From the IMG/VR virus record IMGVR_UViG_3300008108_000027: a DNA stretch of 20,000 bases; one strand, written 5' to 3'. The DNA comes from an uncultured virus (IMG/VR IMGVR_UViG_3300008108_000027) (lineage: Duplodnaviria; Heunggongvirae; Uroviricota; Caudoviricetes). Position numbers and translations under genes: made by a program. The notes below the pieces were generated by a model, which made no database searches, was not told the origin of the DNA, and was given only the letters and a program-made list of their open reading frames with translations. This document shows positions 17,214-20,000 of the stretch, one piece after another; position 1 is the stretch's first letter; each line of letters begins with the position of its first letter.

Positions 17214-17960
17214 ATGAATAATTTTATAAAACAAGTTATTGAAGAGAAATTTCTGTCTAAAAAACAACAAAGATTTTTTTATGCAAAAACTTCCGATAAA
17301 TCTTTACCAAAGAAAGAAAGAAAGAAATGGTCAAAGTGGGCTAAAGAGTTTTCAGATAAGACAGATTTCAAAAAACTACCTGATGAAGTAAAAGAAAAGG
17401 ACATCGAAGAAATCGTTGATGGGTTAGGTAATATTGGTAGAAGTAAAAAATCTAATAATTTTAATACCAAAGGTATCACATCAAATTCAATAACAGATAA
17501 AGTGGTTAAAATGGGTGCAGGTACAATGGGTACACATGGTGTACATGGTACACACACATCTTTAAGATATTGGGCCGAATCTGATATGAGTAAATCACTT
17601 GGATTTGATAAAACCATGGGAGTAGACGCATCATATGAAGACGCTGAAGACCACTTTGAAGATGAATTAGGTTTAGAACCAGAAGAGGCAAAAGATAGAT
17701 TAGACCAAATGGGTTATGATAAAAAATTAAAAGACGATAAAGTAAGATTGGTTGAAAACCCTAAAAAATTTATTGAGGAGTATATTGATAATATTTTAAG
17801 TAAAAAAAACCAATCAAATGATATCCTTTCAAATAAAGAAATTAATCCTATTATTTTAAAACAAATAAAAGCTTTAAAAAATAGTATGAATAGTAATAAT
17901 TTATCGATGGAAACAATTGTAAAATATCTATCCGATGATGTTGTTAACTTTAAAAAATAA
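17214..17960 (+). CDS. Hypothetical charged protein, candidate internal head protein (248 aa from ATG 17214; TTG 17211 alternative)
   Basis: Lys/Glu-rich. N-terminus MNNFIKQVIEE, followed by an F.SKKQQRFF...AKEF...T.FKKLP..V module. Confidence 0.75.
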   Translation: MNNFIKQVIEEKFLSKKQQRFFYAKTSDKSLPKKERKKWSKWAKEFSDKTDFKKLPDEVKEKDIEEIVDGLGNIGRSKKSNNFNTKGITSNSITDKVVKMGAGTMGTHGVHGTHTSLRYWAESDMSKSLGFDKTMGVDASYEDAEDHFEDELGLEPEEAKDRLDQMGYDKKLKDDKVRLVENPKKFIEEYIDNILSKKNQSNDILSNKEINPIILKQIKALKNSMNSNNLSMETIVKYLSDDVVNFKK

Positions 17961-18454
17961 TGAATAAAGATCTAAAAGGTAGGATATTTGATATACCACA
18001 AAATATTTTAGATAAGATTAATCACACAATTGTTGGTCTTAATGGTAAACATGCACATGGATTAAATAGGGCAAAAAAGTTACTTTCAGATAAAAAAGTA
18101 AAATATGGTCAATTAAAAAGAATAATACACGATATTCAAAATACAGATAAAATAAAAGATAGAACTAAATATGATTTATGTGGTGGTGACTTGATGAAAG
18201 AATGGAGTAGAAAATTTTTAGATGGTGAAAGAGATTTAGTGGGTAAAAGAAAAGATTCTAAAAAAAGAGCGGACGATATAGGTGGTCTAACTGGAAGTAG
18301 AAAAAATAGTCATTTAAAGAAACATACTAAAAGATTTGGGTTCAAAATCCCTGTAAATTTAATAAAAAGTAATTCAAATAAAAGTTCAATTTCACCAATA
18401 ACATCTTTAAAGTTATTTGAAGAAATTGAAAAAATAAAAAAATTAATGTTATAA
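17960..18454 (+). CDS. Hypothetical basic protein, 164 aa
   Basis: TAATG stop/start overlap with the upstream gene; very Lys-rich; C-terminus LFEEIEKIKKLML. Confidence 0.8.
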   Translation: MNKDLKGRIFDIPQNILDKINHTIVGLNGKHAHGLNRAKKLLSDKKVKYGQLKRIIHDIQNTDKIKDRTKYDLCGGDLMKEWSRKFLDGERDLVGKRKDSKKRADDIGGLTGSRKNSHLKKHTKRFGFKIPVNLIKSNSNKSSISPITSLKLFEEIEKIKKLML

Positions 18455-18455
18455 T

Positions 18456-19115
18456 ATGCCAACACAATTAGAAATTATCGCAAACCAACAAAGAGTTGAA
18501 CATTTGGCAAGAAATGAATACAACTATTCAGACTTATATTCTTCAGTAAACACGAGAGCTTTATCTGATGGTGATGAAGCGGGTAAAGGTGAAAATAATG
18601 GTTCTATTGGTTCTTTGACAGACATCAACACAAGAAACGATTTAAAAGGTAGAAACATATATAATGAAAACAATGGTTATTCATCGGTAAACACAAGAGC
18701 ATTATCCGATGGTGATGAACCAGGTAAAGGAGAGAATAATGGTAATGTTGGTGGACAAACAGATATATTAACAAGGGTCGATAACACCGGTAGAAATTTA
18801 TATTCACCTAATAATCAATATTCTTCAGTAAACACGAGGGCTTTATCTGATGGTGACGAAGCGGGTAAAGGTGAAAACAACGGTTCTATCGGGGGTCAAA
18901 CAGATATTTTCACAAGAGTTGATAATACTGGCAGAAACTTATATTCCCCTAATAATCAATATTCTTCAGTAAACACAAGAGCATTATCTGATGGTGACGA
19001 AGCGGGTAAGGGGGAGAATAATGGATCTGTAGGTTCATTAACAGATATAAACATAAGAGTAGATAATACAGGTAGGAACATTTACGGACTAACAAGACAA
19101 TATCCTGATTTCTAA
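18456..19115 (+). CDS. Hypothetical protein made of four 47-aa repeats, 219 aa
   Basis: Unit YSSVNTRALSDGDE(A/P)GKGENNG..G..TDI..R.D..GRN.Y. Confidence 0.85.
   Translation: MPTQLEIIANQQRVEHLARNEYNYSDLYSSVNTRALSDGDEAGKGENNGSIGSLTDINTRNDLKGRNIYNENNGYSSVNTRALSDGDEPGKGENNGNVGGQTDILTRVDNTGRNLYSPNNQYSSVNTRALSDGDEAGKGENNGSIGGQTDIFTRVDNTGRNLYSPNNQYSSVNTRALSDGDEAGKGENNGSVGSLTDINIRVDNTGRNIYGLTRQYPDF
18537..19100 (+). repeat. 4 x 141-nt coding tandem repeat
   Basis: Units start at 18537, 18678, 18819 and 18960; differences in the conserved core are mostly synonymous. Confidence 0.95.
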
Positions 19116-20000
19116 TGAAAATAAAAAAAATATTATTTAATCTTTTAAATGAACAGGTCGTTCTTCAAAGTACAAGAACGAAACCAATTGTTAATGCAAT
19201 TAAAAATAGGAATCCGATTACATTTTATTATTCTGGACCAAGAAAACCTAAAAAAGATAGTGTAAAACCAGGTAACAGAATAAAAGGTGAGGCAGTCGCA
19301 ATAGGGTTAAATAAAAAAGGTAATTTAGTTATTAGAATGTGGGTCCAACCCCCATCAGTATCAAAAAGAGGATTTGAGGAACATGGTTGGAGAACATTTA
19401 TGGTTTCAAGAATGAGTAATATACAAATATTAACAAACGAAAAGTTTGACACAAAAAGACCACAATATAAAGAAGGTGATGACGGTAGTATGAGTGTCAC
19501 ATATGTTACATCCGATTGGACATCAACACCACCAGTATCTAAAAAACCAGAAATAAAACAACCCCAACAACCAACTAATTTACCACAACCTAAACCAGAA
19601 GAAAAACCAACTAAAAAACCTGAACAATTACCACAACCTAAACCAGAAGAAAAACCAACTAAAGAACCTGAAATAGTTAGTACAACAAAATATGACGTTG
19701 ATGTTTATACTACACTAAAACCGAAAATAAAAGATATTAATGGTAAAAAAGTGGTTTCAACACAAGATTATCAAAATTCATTAAATGATCTTTATAAGAA
19801 AAAAGAAACAGAATGGATTGATAATCAGAAAAAAATTGGCGGGAACATAAGGCCAGGTGAGGGAACAAGAAATAAATTTAAAAAAGATTCTAAATTCGAA
19901 TTAGATAAGTTATTGTCTAATGACAAGATAGAAGTTTCGGACGAACAAGAAACACAACTTAATGAAACTATAAAAAGATTTAAATCTTTAATTTTTTATT
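19115..20000 (+). CDS. WYL-like domain protein with Pro-rich linker (>=295 aa; stop probably at the window edge)
   Basis: Manual translation from ATG 19115 (TAATG overlap): MKIKKILFNLLNEQ...IVNAIKNRNPITFYY...R..GEAVAIGLNKKGNLVIRMW...GWRTFMVSRMSNIQIL...F...RPQY, matching the WYL pattern (about 19187-19470). It ends LNETIKRFKSLIFY. Confidence 0.8.
   Translation, partial: MKIKKILFNLLNEQVVLQSTRTKPIVNAIKNRNPITFYYSGPRKPKKDSVKPGNRIKGEAVAIGLNKKGNLVIRMWVQPPSVSKRGFEEHGWRTFMVSRMSNIQILTNEKFDTKRPQYKEGDDGSMSVTYVTSDWTSTPPVSKKPEIKQPQQPTNLPQPKPEEKPTKKPEQLPQPKPEEKPTKEPEIVSTTKYDVDVYTTLKPKIKDINGKKVVSTQDYQNSLNDLYKKKETEWIDNQKKIGGNIRPGEGTRNKFKKDSKFELDKLLSNDKIEVSDEQETQLNETIKRFKSLIFY
19580..19672 (+). repeat. 48-nt period tandem duplication encoding LPQPKPEEKPTK(K/E)PE
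   Basis: Copies start at 19580 and 19628 and are nearly identical. Confidence 0.9.

Larger units (their letters stand above)
1..20000. other. Segment of a large (jumbo-type) tailed phage genome, probable Bacteroidota host
   Basis: PolB lies next to densely packed tail/fibre-type genes, and there are no cellular housekeeping genes. A conserved phage-type promoter motif recurs, and starts have A-rich leaders without Shine-Dalgarno sequences. Host and genome size are inference. Confidence 0.8.

Noticed and set aside
18537..19100. Regularly spaced conserved blocks with variable intervals resembling a CRISPR array
   Set aside because: The 141-nt period is in frame, variation is mainly synonymous, the intervals are homologous to each other, and there are no cas genes. 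It is a coding repeat.
4106..19500. Other short track ORFs (4106, 4525, 5767, 6754, 7537, 9573, 11533, 12617, 12842, 15943, 17279, 17506, 18625, 19228)
   Set aside because: All overlap longer, well-supported genes in another frame or on the other strand and have no recognisable motifs.
1..20000. Stop-codon reassignment, as seen in some large and crAss-like phages
   Set aside because: Genes are full length and tightly packed under the standard code, ending in TAA (one TGA), with no in-frame TAG or TGA interruptions.
1..20000. Eukaryotic giant virus (NCLDV) origin suggested by PolB, mucin-like and Cys-rich proteins
   Set aside because: Operon-like TAATG coupling, intrinsic terminators, and BppU-like, fibre and WYL domains point to a bacteriophage. 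No NCLDV core genes were seen.

Overview
This AT-rich window is best explained as part of a large tailed phage genome. The host is probably Bacteroidota, inferred from the lack of Shine-Dalgarno sites, A-rich leaders and Flavobacterium/crAss-type tail modules. The left end holds a family B DNA polymerase (minus strand, ATG at 2837, running off the window), which is missing from the ORF track. 2927-17160 is a minus-strand cluster of probable virion accessory proteins: a BppU-like protein, a 2OG-Fe(II) oxygenase, fibre and beta-helix proteins, LamG-like and C1q-like proteins, a Nal1-like trypsin-fold protease, and a 1150-aa Pro/Thr-repeat scaffold. 17214-20000 is a divergent plus-strand operon of charged proteins, a 4x47-aa repeat protein and a WYL-domain protein that is also missing from the ORF track. 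Four patterns stand out. (1) The accessory proteins are built from a shared parts kit (N-terminal KI(S/G)QL adaptor, acidic TE(N/D)G motifs at the ends of PT linkers, a ~88-aa Ig-like domain, a Cys module), suggesting a cellulosome-like docking scaffold on the virion. (2) An [S/T]-G-x-T motif is strongly enriched in these proteins only. (3) A gene-oriented GATATTTAT promoter-like motif lies 6-17 nt upstream of start codons. (4) Capsid-targeting-like terminal peptides occur on the plus-strand proteins, including the WYL protein. All family calls are by-eye motif recognition; no searches were run.
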